From: Tubiluchus corallicola
Lineage: Eukaryota > Animalia > Priapulida
Reading direction: 5' to 3'
NCBI GenBank assembly: GCA_030141605.1
Contig: JAQGDQ010000092.1
Coordinates: 248,001-312,000, forward strand
Length of the DNA: 64,000 nt
Part shown: piece after piece, positions 13,510-26,130 of the stretch
How the letters are laid out: each line of letters begins with the position of its first letter
Numbering within the stretch: position 1 is the first letter of the stretch
Made by a program: the position numbers and the translations under genes
The notes under the pieces: generated by a model
The model's database searches: none
What the model was told of the DNA's origin: nothing
Seen by the model: only the letters and a program-made list of their open reading frames with translations

Positions 13510-14569
13510 TTTACGGTTTATTATCCCTTGAGATGAAATGAACGAGATGGATATTGTTCCTCTCAATAGAGAGCAGTCTTAATTGACTTAGAAGAAAATA
13601 ACTGTTATCATCGTTATCTCACAGTGGCAATAAACCAGAGCCTGTTATTCGAAATTATGCATAAAATGACTACCCAATCCACACCAAATTAGACAGTTTC
13701 ATGAAAATGAAATGAAACATGCAACAATCAAATACAAAGAAATAACATATGCTAGAACATTGCCAGTGATCGAATCAAACAGTGTATTAGAGGTTGTGCA
13801 TTGGAGAAGTTTAGTTGTTATACAGAGATATATACCTTGTGCTAACATGCGCCAGTATAATTTGTAGAGAATTGGACCAACTGAAAATTAAACCCAGGTC
13901 TATAATATTAGTCTGGTCAATAGAATTATAGCATTACTTGTATTACTGTCCTTTTTTGCAATTCAATACGTCACTGACAACGCAAACTAATTATATGATC
14001 AGACTTGAAAGTTTAAAGGCGCAAGTTTGCTGTGAAATTACTTAGTTTTACTATTTCCTCCAATCTCAGATTCAATTAGAACTCAGGTGATTCAACTCAG
14101 GTGTGTAATTAACCCTTGGGTAACTTTAATTAGACTTCAAAGGATTTTCATTTCTGAAGCTGTATAGCGGTGATGCTGTTAATCAAAAGGAACAAAGCTT
14201 TCTTTATGCTTCATATAATTATTATATGCCATGTACCTCGTTTTTTATACATTTCACTACAGTGCAAATCGAAATCTAGCACATGCCTCTTCAAAGAGGT
14301 ATGCACTCAGAATCAGTATTTTAGATGAAGCTGTTCAGATGTCATGAAGTATACGCTGTGACAATTCGGCTATGTAACGCGCCTCACCGAAGTAATTTAA
14401 AGTGAATTCAATCATTCAAAAATTTTAATCAACTTTGCATAGTAGACCCGCCCTAAGTTTTATTTATTCCAAAAAGCACAAGTGTTATAGCGTGCGAAAC
14501 TATTTTGAATGCCACCTTAAATTGTCCTGGGTATGATACTTATATTTTGGTACTAGTTAATTGTTCTCC

Positions 14570-15005
14570 CATTCATTCGTTCGTTCGTTCGTTGGTCCGT
14601 CCGTCCGTTCGTTCGTTCGTTCGTTCGTTCGTTCGTTCGTTCGTTCGTTCGTTCATTCATTCATTCATTCATTCATTCATTCATTCATTCCATTCATTCA
14701 TCCATTCATTCATTCATTCGGTCGGTCGTCCGTTCGTTCGTTCGTTCGTTCGTTTGTTCGTTTCGTTCATTCGTTCGTTCGTTCGTTCGTTCGTTCGTTC
14801 GTTCGTTCATTCGTTCATTCGTTCATTCAGTCATTCAGTCATTCATTCATCAGTTATTCATTCCATCATTCGTTTGTTTGTTTATGTGTCTGATGGTTTG
14901 TTTGTTAGTATGTTTGCTTGTTTGTTTGTATTTGCTTGCTTATTTTGTTGTTTGTTTGTTTGTTCGTTCGTTCTTTCGTTCATTCGTTCGTTTGTTCGTT
15001 TGTTT
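14570..15005. repeat. Compound (TTCG)n/(TTCA)n/(TTTG)n microsatellite
   Basis: Direct reading. Confidence 0.97.
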
Positions 15006-18000
15006 TGCTTAAATTAAACAACTGTACACGTTAATTACGAATAACATTAGTAACGCCGATAGCTGATAAATAAGAACTTTATATTTAAGGAAGGAAACAT
15101 TAATTACTGGTATTAGCTATGTACTCCTCTTCTATTCCCAATTTAAATTATCTCCATGAGAGTTAATTATCCTTTAGTATCCATAAAATAATCGTTTCAA
15201 TATTAATCAGCTGTCTGCAATAACAATTATCAATAATTAATAATAAATGCCTCTTCGGAGATTCATATTCAAAATTTTAGATAATTGTTCCAGTCAGATT
15301 CATCTTCCCCTGTTCAATATCCCTCATTAATTGAATTCTAATGCTCTTTCCGCAGCGAAATTAAGCATTATTTTAAACAGAAAGGAGTTAAATAATATTC
15401 TTTTGTGTGACTCAGATGCAGATGTGTTACACGCTAACATTTATTTGACATTTATTTAATTAACTGAAATTTTCAACCGGACTGAAAGCATTTTTCTTTA
15501 TGCCCGCGAGCTCAGAAACCGCTTTAGGTAAAGACAAATCAGGATTAGTTCCAAAACTGCAGACAGAGAAAGTAGCGACGTGAAAAATAATAATAAAACA
15601 GACACAAAAAATAAGACAATGACGTCCCCAATGAGATAAGAAATACAGACACCTTTCTTTTTTAACGAACATTTTACCCGAAGTGACGAAGTTGGCACTT
15701 AATGACGATTCAAACACAAAAAACTTCCATTGCGCGGCCTGGTCAAATCACGTGACCTAGAAATCCGGATTTAACAAGAGAACTGTCAAATCTCTGACAC
15801 GGTTACAGAAACGGGCCTTTTTGCTTAATCATGTAAACTAGCTGTAAAAATAAAATATTCCAGCAGTGGTGATTAGCTTTTTGTCAACTGGCCCAAGACA
15901 CTTAACGCCAGAACAAGGAAGCTCGCTGCTCTTAGCTCATTTGTTTAAACTAATTTGTTAATCAGTGCAGTACATCAAAGCAATCTCAAAAGCCGGCATT
16001 TTATGCAGATCGCGTGGTCACCCATATCTCGCTGCACCTCACACCAGCGCATGAATAGCTGTTGTATAAAACACGTAGTGTAGTCTATTTAATTCGGCAG
16101 CACCTACAGACACCCAACTTGTATTAGCCTACTTTGATTAATCGTTGTACAAATTAACTTATAAAACAAATTAGAAAAAACATGTTAAAGAACTAAGGTC
16201 ACCACTTCCCCGATAAAGAAAAATTAAAGCTGTGAAATCAGCGTTTGCACGTCTCACCTTGGAGTAAATTGACGGAAATGGCGGGATTAAGGTTCGTTAC
16301 ACTGCTGCAGCTCTGCTCAGAATGACAATTAGGCACGTAGTCCAGACCGGCTTAAATTCACATGAAATGGCAATTTGTTTCAGTGATCTTCTGTATCTCT
16401 CGAGAGCAAGAACAAAGCTTGCGGAACTAACCTTCGGTGATAAGTTTAGACGATCTAAACAATTTGAATTCGCTTCTTGGTTGTTGAGTTGCAATGAGAC
16501 ACGCTACAACCTGTCTACCTACTCACATATCTATCTACATACTTACTTACCAACTAACCTGACTTCGTTCCTACCTACATGTCTACTTCCCTAACCATCT
16601 GCTTGCTGCCCAGCCGATACCGTCCCATCCAAATACATCAAACTAGCCCCCTTAAAAATGAGCACAGTCGATGATATATGAAGCCCGTTGAAATACGTGA
16701 GGCCAGCGTCTTTAAGAACTTTCTCGGAGATGAAGGTGCATAGCTGTCATGCAAGACTTCTTTAGAAGAACAGACAAAAGAACACCGAGTCCTGTCTAAT
16801 ATAACCACTAACACACGTATACTACTACAAATGTATTTAGAGAGGTCTGCAGCTCAAAAACTTTGAGTAGTTGGACCCAAATTTATAGTACTAGATGAGG
16901 GCAGATTTCTATTGAGTATAGTTGTCTTCTTTTAAGTCGTTAATTAAAATCAGTAACTTTAAGCTGCTAATTAAAGATAAAAAATGGATTCCCTGAAAAG
17001 ACAAAAAGAAAGCAAACAAGTCAAACAGATGGAAAATTAAATCTAGATTAAAAGTTCAATTAGAACAGTTAACACGTAATTTGGGTTGTCGGTGATGTTG
17101 GTGTCCTTCACTTGCTTTCTTTGCCTTATAAAGTTCTGAGCACATAACAAATAGCTGTTCTTGTTTGCCTTTTCTAAACTAGCAATTAATGGTGTAATTT
17201 CGCAAAGCGTTAGAACCAGGGCTGCCCGCATTTATCAAAATGAAACGTTGCGCTTTGCGTTTTTGTTGCACGCCAAAGCAAGTCATGAATCTAAATTAAA
17301 CACTCCATTTTGCATCTTCTTTACCTAAAGCCAGCAAGCTCTCTTTAAAGCATGTTGAAATCTTAAACCACAAAACAGTTAGTGGGCTGTGGTTATAAAT
17401 AATACATTTTATCGGTTTATGTTTATTCACGATAGGGGCTTTGGTAGCGTGATTTAAGAACTAACAAAAATAATACATTAGAAACATTGTCTATGACAAA
17501 CGAAATGTGAGCAGGCTAGGCACGTAGAGCTACAATCTCATTTCCAAGTCGTAGATCGATCAAAATTTTTGGCAATTAGCGTTTTTGTCTGGAGGTGGTT
17601 ATTTTGAAGTTCTTGACTTGGTTTTTGCTCCTTTGCTTAATAGTTGTAGCACCCATCAAAATTGTGTTTAATTATCGAGATATAAAAACTAATTCGTTAT
17701 TGACTGATCACAAGTTGTTCATTACGGAAACCAATGCCGGCGTCGTTAAGAGACAAACTTGAGAAAATACGTTTCTAAGGGCCCGCACAGGCATGCCGTT
17801 TTCAGTTGCGCAACTAAAACTTGCACAAATGAAAATTGCAGCAATTTTACTGGTGTGCCAAAATCAGATACGCAAACGTGCAATTTCAAATTGCTCAACT
17901 GTCACTATGGAAAATAATTTACTGAAGAGGTTATTTATTTTTATATTTATTTTATTCCTTCTCCGCATAGTACAAAAATACATATTTCATATTAAATTTA

Positions 18001-18149
18001 GCGTAAAAAATAAAATTATGTGTTACTCGAATGAATATATAAATTGCATTTCAAAATTTTGTGCATGACTAGAGAAACGTAAAAGTCCAGCTGGACGGAG
18101 GATACTTAAAGAGAACATTTGCTCACAATAACATCACCGAGCATTATTA

Positions 18150-19800
18150 TGTTAAAATTTTGCAAGTTGATTGTTTATTCTTTGACTAAAAACTTTATAG
18201 TTATTACTATTTCATCTGTTAAGAGATTCGATTGCATCACAATACGATTTGCAAAAAAAAATTTACATACATCCAATCTTGCAAAATTACAGAATAATTT
18301 CCAACAGTGACTTCTTAAACCTCGACGCGGGACTAAAGTGAAAAAATCGTTAAAGCCTAAATGTACTATAGAGTTGCATATTTTAAAGACCATTTTTAAG
18401 TCAAAAATAACTCTCCTTTCGCTTAAAGACTGCAGTTCTAGATATGATTATCTTGCTTGCTATATAATTTGTATAATTTAATCAGCATCTAGCATATAGA
18501 GACGTCTGGTAAAATAATGTTGCACATTTTCAATTAAATCAACAAGTGTTTTGTAATAAGGATTCCAAACGGGAATACAATACTCTAGCGGAGGTCTGAC
18601 GTACGATTTGTAAGCAGTAATTAAACAGTAAACGTTCTTAGTGTGAAAGCATGTAAAATTCATGTTCACAACTTTATGCTTTAGTAACCTGGCTCTTGCA
18701 ATATTTAGTGAATTTTACGTCTTAGCAGACAATAATTCCTACATCTTTACATTCTGCATTTGCATCTAGTTCAACTCCGTTAAGACAGTGCGTATTTTTC
18801 GGATTCGATGCGCCGATATGAAGGTAGGAACGTTTGTGAGTCGCAAATGGCAGTTGCCACTTGATTGCCCGAGAAACGCATGCAGCCTTAGAGAGGTTTC
18901 ATAAATACATCGAAAAGGTGCGATTAATAAATTTAATAAATTCGGCTAATTTAATAAAAATGATGTACGGGGAGCTCATCGGATGTATAACTGCATTTAG
19001 CGTTCAACACCACTAAAATTTTGCTTCGTTCATTAACACTATCAATAAAAACATTATCAGGAATACACCAACAGAATCATTACCATGTGTATAATTTTCT
19101 GTATGTAAAACTTCAAATAAACATTGTACTTTGACTTCACCGTCCTCTAACATGCGTCCATAGTACAGTAATGGGACAATTCAACTTCTGCCTCTTGAAA
19201 TTCAGCTACATCGCCTGAATTTAAATACGAACTATGTGCACATCTCTAATTTGGATTTGAAACGGCTTATTTTTATATTTTTACATTATAACATACCCCC
19301 AGGAGTATGTCTCCAACGCCAAAATAGCTTTTTGTACGCTGTAATGATTTCACAAAGCTGGGATATCTTTCTTGGCCGAACAGGTTTTATAAGGAACCAA
19401 ACGTGCAACTCCTTTTCGCCAAATTTGAGCAAAGACCTACAGCAACGCAAACAAAAATTCCTGAGGCCAGTCAATAGTACTGATATATTCACTAAAACAG
19501 TTGTCATTTGCGTTCCGAAAGTCATAGTACCCAATGGTTTCATCTGCAATACATCTGCAATTGTTCTGCTGTGCATATTTGAAAAAATACGCTATTATGG
19601 TCGAATGTTAATTGTGGTTCTGATACGGTAACTTGGCTGACGTTTAAGTCATTTGACGTAAAAAGTATGTCCAAAATATTATTTCCTCTCATAGGACTTT
19701 CCGCACATTGAGTTAATCCATTTTCTAGTATGAAATTCATAAAACTTTCATATAAATTCGATTGAGGGTACCTAAAGTTTTTCCAATCAATTAAGGTTGC
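18150..19800 (-). mobile_element. Decayed CR1/L2-group non-LTR retrotransposon ORF2 (APE endonuclease end, RT C-terminal region)
   Basis: Minus-strand fragments appear in the expected order: IDWKNF..FMNFILENGLTQCAESPMRGNNILDILFT (APE C-terminus), YKSYVRPPLEYCIPVWNPYYKTLVDLIENVQHYFTRRL (post-RT motif) and LRSHCWKL..RLDVCKFFFANRIVMQSNLL (CR1-type RGH..KL..FF.NRVV..WN.LP). Frameshifted and internally deleted. Confidence 0.85.
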
Positions 19801-19958
19801 ATGTATGCGTGTATTATTGATTCATAAAAAATAAATAGACACCGGAAACATAGGACTTACCCAATAACGAACCAGCGATTAGTGAAAGGACAGTTTGATA
19901 AGCATAAATTTAAATTCTAATATTCTAATTTAAATTTAAATTTTAATATTTAAATAAG

Positions 19959-20100
19959 CTCTATGACGGCTTTCCGGCTCATCAGAGTAAAATATTTGGT
20001 TTTTGTCGGATACGTCCAAATAGTTTTGATGAACTGCTGCGTATTATGGGCTGTACATTACCTATTTCGACATCAAGTAGAGAAAAAACAATACCTGAGA
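19959..20100 (+). pseudogene. Harbinger transposase N-terminal remnant
   Basis: The frame starting at 19959 reads LYDGFPAHQSKIFGFCRIRPNSFDELLRIMGCTLPISTSSREKTIPE, resembling the Harbinger motif LY..LR....F..YFRMS..SFDELL..V...I....T..R..I.PE. It lies inside the TIR pair. Confidence 0.6.
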
Positions 20101-22034
20101 GAAACGGCTCTCATCTTTTGGCTTCTCTTACTACTCTATGTAAACTTACGTGGGCATGTTTTTCAATATAACCTATGCAAAATTTAAAGTTACTCGTCTA
20201 GCAGCTGTATGTTGGCATACATTATGATAATAGCAAAAACTGAATAAATGGAAACAACCTATGCAGTTTAAAAGCCCGAAATTCAAATTGAAATGTTGTT
20301 TAGCCTTATCAGTTTACATATGAAAAGGTTAATTATTTAGTCGTGCGAATTTTATATAGTTCGTATATTTGGAGTATAGGCTTCTAGGAACTTAAGTGAC
20401 CAACCAGGAGTATAAGCGCTGTCTATCATTGTGAAAGGCCGCAGTAGTAGGAAAAAACTCAGCAGTGGGCAGCAGAAATGTTTTTGTATTGAGCCGTGGT
20501 CGCATGCGCTGTTCATTTTCAAAATTTAACATTTTGGTCTCCAGTTTTTAAATTTGTTACCGATTCTCTCAAAAGATGGTATCAATGCTCTCACTGACTT
20601 CAGTTATTTACAGATTTTGCAACTTTTAGTTGCGCAACTGAAAATTGCATGTCTGCGCGGGGCCTAACAATTTTTACTATTTGGCGTTTTTCTTAGTTGT
20701 CGATCACTTTTCGTCAGTCGTTTAGTTGTTTTTGTATGGCACCAACTTTGTCCGCTTTCAAAACTCCACAAACGCAAAGGCTGCCACAGATAAAGTTTAA
20801 AATAATATGCGTTACTTTGCCATTTCTTATGCCGTCTATTCTCTTTGGAAATTTTTATCAATTAATGAACGAGCAAACTCTATTAATATCATGGGTCAGT
20901 TGGATTTTTCTACCATCGCGCATCGCTTTCTTCATCTACACACTGAAATGGTAGTGGTATCTAAAAATGGTGCTCCTATCTAAAATCATGTTTTGCTATC
21001 GAGGTATACTGGTTGCTGATCGATAAGAGACTGATTACGTAATGTTAAAATTAATGGCAGAAAGGGCGGAAAGCTGTAGGAAAAGTATGTTTGTCTAAAT
21101 ACGCCAAAAGTCTAGCTAATTAATGGTTAATGGTTATTCATTAATCGTTTTAAATTATATGATGGAAGAGAAAATTCCGGTAAGATATAGAGCAAAAGGC
21201 GGCAAAAAATTTGGCCTTCACAATATATTGTAATTTCCTGAAAATACTTAACAAAAATATTTATTTATCTACATGAAGTAACCTTAATTAAACCTGTAAT
21301 TTAATAACATTAATTATAAATAAACACGTTTCTCTCGCTTGAAGAACACTTTGGGAAATATGGATCAAGATTAAAGCCAGTGGAATGAACGCACACATTA
21401 ACAGATCTATAGATACGGTTGTCTCTTTCCAAAAGATGTTTATTATGTTTAACCAGAAACCGAAATGTCGCGATTAATTATTTCTATCCTCACTATAGGG
21501 AGCACTAGGGGCGTATCTTATAAAGGATCGTATTTGAAAGGCAGCTTTGACGATGACGAGGGCGAAGACGATAACGACGATGACGACAGCGAGGTTGCCT
21601 GCAACTTATTACTAGCAGTTGATGCAATCTAATGTTATTTTTCTTTTGCAAGATGTAAATTTGCTAGTAAATAAAGCTCGAGTCATGAAGTCTCAACGGT
21701 TTCAACTGATGGATAATATAAACACTTGAAAGACTAAAATTGAACGGCAAAATGGGAATGAAATCAATAACCAGTTTGTTTTGAGGAACAGAGAAGTGCA
21801 GTTTATTAGGTTTGTTTGTTGGAGGCAAGCTCCTAAACAAAAGTTTTGTGATTGTGAGATGTGTGTGAGAAGAGAAAGAGAGAGAGAACAGACTGAAAGG
21901 AAAAGCGGGAAAAGGCAAGGAAGCAAGTATGAAAGACAAAGCAAGAAGATGAGCCAAAGAATGAAAAAGGAAAGAGATAAGCAAATAAAAGAATGGAAAA
22001 TTAAAAGAATAAATGAATGGATAGATGAATGAAA

Positions 22035-23276
22035 GAACGAACGAACGAACGAACGAACGAACGAACGAACGAACGAACGAACGAACGAACGAACGAACGA
22101 ACGAACGAACGAACGAACGAACGAACGAACGAACGAACGAACGAACGAACGAACGAACGAACGAACGAACGAACGAACGAACGAACGAACGAACGAACGA
22201 ACGAACGAACGAACGAACGAACGAACGAACGAACGAACGAACGAACGAACGAACGAACGAACGAACGAACGAACGAACGAACGAACGAACGAACGAACGA
22301 ACGAACGAACGAACGAACGAACGAACGAACGAACGAACGAACGAACGAACGAACGAACGAACGAACGAACGAACGAACGAACGAACGAACGAACGAACGA
22401 ACGAACGAACGAACGAACGAACGAACGAACGAACGAACGAACGAACGAACGAACGAACGAACGAACGAACGAACGAACGAACGAACGAACGAACGAACGA
22501 ACGAACGAACGAACGAACGAACGAACGAACGAACGAACGAACGAACGAACGAACGAACGAACGAACGAACGAACGAACGAACGAACGAACGAACGAACGA
22601 ACGAACGAACGAACGAACGAACGAACGAACGAACGAACGAACGAACGAACGAACGAACGAACGAACGAACGAACGAACGAACGAACGAACGAACGAACGA
22701 ACGAACGAACGAACGAACGAACGAACGAACGAACGAACGAACGAACGAACGAACGAACGAACGAACGAACGAACGAACGAACGAACGAACGAACGAACGA
22801 ACGAACGAACGAACGAACGAACGAACGAACGAACGAACGAACGAACGAACGAACGAACGAACGAACGAACGAACGAACGAACGAACGAACGAACGAACGA
22901 ACGAACGAACGAACGAACGAACGAACGAACGAACGAACGAACGAACGAACGAACGAACGAACGAACGAACGAACGAACGAACGAACGAAGAAGAAGAAGA
23001 AGAAGAAGAAGGAAGAAGAAGAACGAACGAACGAACGAACGAACGAACGAACGAACGAACGAACGAACGAACGAACGAACGAACGAACGAACGAACGAAC
23101 GAACGAACGAACGAACGAACGAACGAACGAACGAACGAACGAACGAACGAACGAACGAACGAACGAACGAAGAACGAACGAAGAACGAACGAAGAACGAA
23201 CGAAGAACGAACGAACGAACGAACGAACGAACGAACGAACGAACGAACGAACGAACGAACGAACGAACGAACGAAC
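22035..23276. repeat. Very long (GAAC)n microsatellite with (GAA)n interruption
   Basis: Perfect GAAC from 22035 to 22986 (952 bp, 238 units), then (GAA)n, then GAAC again. Confidence 0.99.
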
Positions 23277-23435
23277 GAAAAAAACAGCAATCGAATGAAC
23301 AAATGAATAAAAAACTATAAATTAAAACGTCAACGAGCGTGGAACGTCAACTGTAACGTGCTTTTTGTATATCCTGAGAAGATACTATATAACTACATGA
23401 GGAAAAGGAAGAAGACAATAATAATGCCATAGTAA

Positions 23436-23907
23436 TGATGATATTAATGATATTGCAGCACCTGACAATGATAATGGCAACGATTGCAATGACGACAATG
23501 ATGAAGATGCTGCTGTTGCTGATAGTGGTGCTTGTAGTGGGTGCGGCAGCGCTGGTGGTCACAGTGATGGTGATGACCATGACGGTAATCATGGTGATGG
23601 TAATGATATACATGCTACTCAAAACTATATTCTAATATTACCAACATTTAGCGCTTTGTAAATTTGTAGCTACATGACAAAAGACTGACTGAGGAAATGG
23701 ATGTGAACAGCAGTCGGAGAAAAACGGCGACTGAGCAAAGATCGACAAATAAACCGACCATCATGGTAATCATCATCACAATGACCATCACCAACACCGC
23801 CACCGTCATCGTCACCATCAGCGGCAGCAGCTGCAGTTTCATCATTGTCGTCATCGCCGTCTTTGTCATTATCATCGTCAGGTGTTGCAAAATCATTAGT
23901 ATCATCA
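23436..23907. repeat. Inverted duplication of a ~150-165-bp ATG/GAT-rich segment with ~155-bp spacer
   Basis: The plus ORF at 23435 and the minus ORF at 23932 share MILMILQHLTMIM..AMTTMMK, i.e. the arms (about 23436-23600 and 23758-23907) are reverse complements. Confidence 0.85.
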
Positions 23908-25998
23908 AACGGAAACCAAGAAACATTTTCATGTCAACTTAGGAAAATTACAATTACTGCCAATATGCTAAAACTACTCTAATATGTGTCCTGGTTTAAT
24001 TATTTAATAAAAATAATTGACAATAAAATATTAAATATTTTTAATGCAGTTTACGTGATAATCAGATGCATTTTACAAAAGATTTAAAAAAGTAAGAGAT
24101 GAAAGACCATCGAAATTAGTAAAAAATTAATTCATAAGATATCTAAGAGAATGCCACATTGATTAATTAATAAAAGCAAATTGATTTCTGTTCCTGGAAT
24201 TATTTGGTCGACCTTTCCCAGTGGCCGCTCTTGTCTGGCAATTACCCACCTCCACTTGCCTTTTCATTACGTAGCAAAAATGTGCTAATATGTTTTACTT
24301 TTATTTTTAATTTTGTTAAAAGTTTATTTCAGCAAAAAAAATACCATAAAAGATAAAAATTACACTAAGAACTGACAAACATATGGATGCATAAGGTGCA
24401 CCTGACATATATTAACCAGTCGCCTACTGGACTTTTTGTTCTTTTTTCTCAACCGAATGTAGTCGCCTGGCTGGACAGATTCTCAGCGGCAAAACGATAA
24501 TTTATATATATATATATATATATACAAGAGAAAATTTCTTTTCTGCACTGTGCGATTTCCAGCGACTCGCTCATTAAGCAACAATTTAATGCAAGATTAA
24601 ATGTAACTGTCTTATCTTGACATTTCAAAGGATTAATAATTTCCAAAGGGATTAATTTGCAGTATACGCGAACGGAGGACTGAAATTAATGCAGCAAGTT
24701 GAAGGGATTATTTTCTAACACGACGCCCATTAGCATTTTACTGCACATAAAACGTTATAAATCATCAACAATTTCTTGAAATTCCATGAATGGTATATTG
24801 GAAAGCTGCAACTTCTGAGCAGCCGCACCTTCTGCTGCTTTGCATGTTATTGGATTTAAAAACGTCAAAATCAGCGACCATATGAAAATCATCTCTGTTC
24901 TGCAAATTTTCAAAGCTTTCATGGTATTATCCAAACACCCAGATCAGTCAATTACAACAAAACTTATACTGCAAAAAATACAAAAACTTGGCCGAATTTT
25001 GGCTTTCCCTTCGTGAAATTTTCGACACAGATTCTATCTGCTTTTTTGGATTGCTTTACTTTACCGACTCGAAACGTTTCAAGGAAATGTGTAGAATGAT
25101 TTTCATATTATCTCTGCTTTTAACGGATTTCAATTCGCGCTGGATTCACCATGAACTAAGGTTTATTCAGTGTTAAGTTTAGCTCACTTTATAGCATCTA
25201 GTATATATGAAGTGGACAAACAATGCACGAGGTTTTTTTAATTTACTTATTAAACGTATACGTTTAAATCTGTTTTAAAATTGAAAATCGGGTTTACTAA
25301 GCATTCATCCATGTTCATTGAGGTTTTTCCTAAACCTTGAAAAGCACCTTTAAACAGCACTTAAACGCGTTCTAAATTTCAAATTCAGACAATTTTTGCA
25401 GTTTGATGATTAAGGTTCTTACTGCCACAGCTTGACCGGTCATGTAATTTCCCTAATTTTACACTTAATGTCTTGTTATTTATTTTATATTTCTGTGCCA
25501 AAACATTAAAGTGGATAAATAAATAATGATTATTAATCAAATATAACTGACTCTCAAAAGCGAGCCATACTTAACCAGGATATTCTCCTTGCCACAAGAC
25601 TTGTTTTTCATATCTTTCTCGACCTTTTCATAAAGCAGCGTCACGTGTGGATGAATAACTGTCATGCTTTTAGTGCTATCATTTCAATGTCCTCTTTTAC
25701 GAGGATCCAAGCATGGAATCATTGAATGGCCATTAGCGTCGCTTTCGGCGAAGATTTGTTGAGACGTAAAAAATCCGACGCACCTTTTAGTGGCTGTGGT
25801 TGACAAACTGCGCTTCTTTGACAGGGTGCTTTGTCAACGATTTTATTTTACGTTGACATTATTAATGCATTTCTTCCACCTCAAGAAAGAGTGCTTTACT
25901 CTTGCGGCTGGCTTGGAAAAAAGACAGTGGAACGTTAAAGTGCCAAACAGGAAGATAATCTGGGAACACCTTTCCCAGAGATAGTCTAACTTTCAAAG

Positions 25999-26012
25999 TA
26001 TATATATATATA

Positions 26013-26072
<60 letters not shown>

Positions 26073-26130
26073 TGCGTGCGTGTGTGTGTGTGTGTGTGTG
26101 TATGTGTGTGTGTGATCAAATATATATATA
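25999..26130. repeat. (TA)n/(TG)n/(TGCG)n compound microsatellite
   Basis: Direct reading. Confidence 0.95.

Larger units (their letters stand above)
17779..20664. mobile_element. PIF/Harbinger DNA transposon (degenerate), interrupted by a LINE fragment
   Basis: About 50-bp TIRs: left GGGCCCGCACAGGCATGCCGTTTTCAGTTGCGCAACTAAAACTTGCA and right (reverse complement) GGCCCCGCGCAGACATGCAATTTTCAGTTGCGCAACTAAAAGTTGCA. TAA flanks both sides (17776-17778, 20665-20667), the TSD type characteristic of PIF/Harbinger. Confidence 0.85.

Noticed and set aside
22001-23320. Three >420-aa ORFs (NERT/RSFV repeats)
   Set aside because: They are translations of the (GAAC)n microsatellite, which has no stop codons in any frame.
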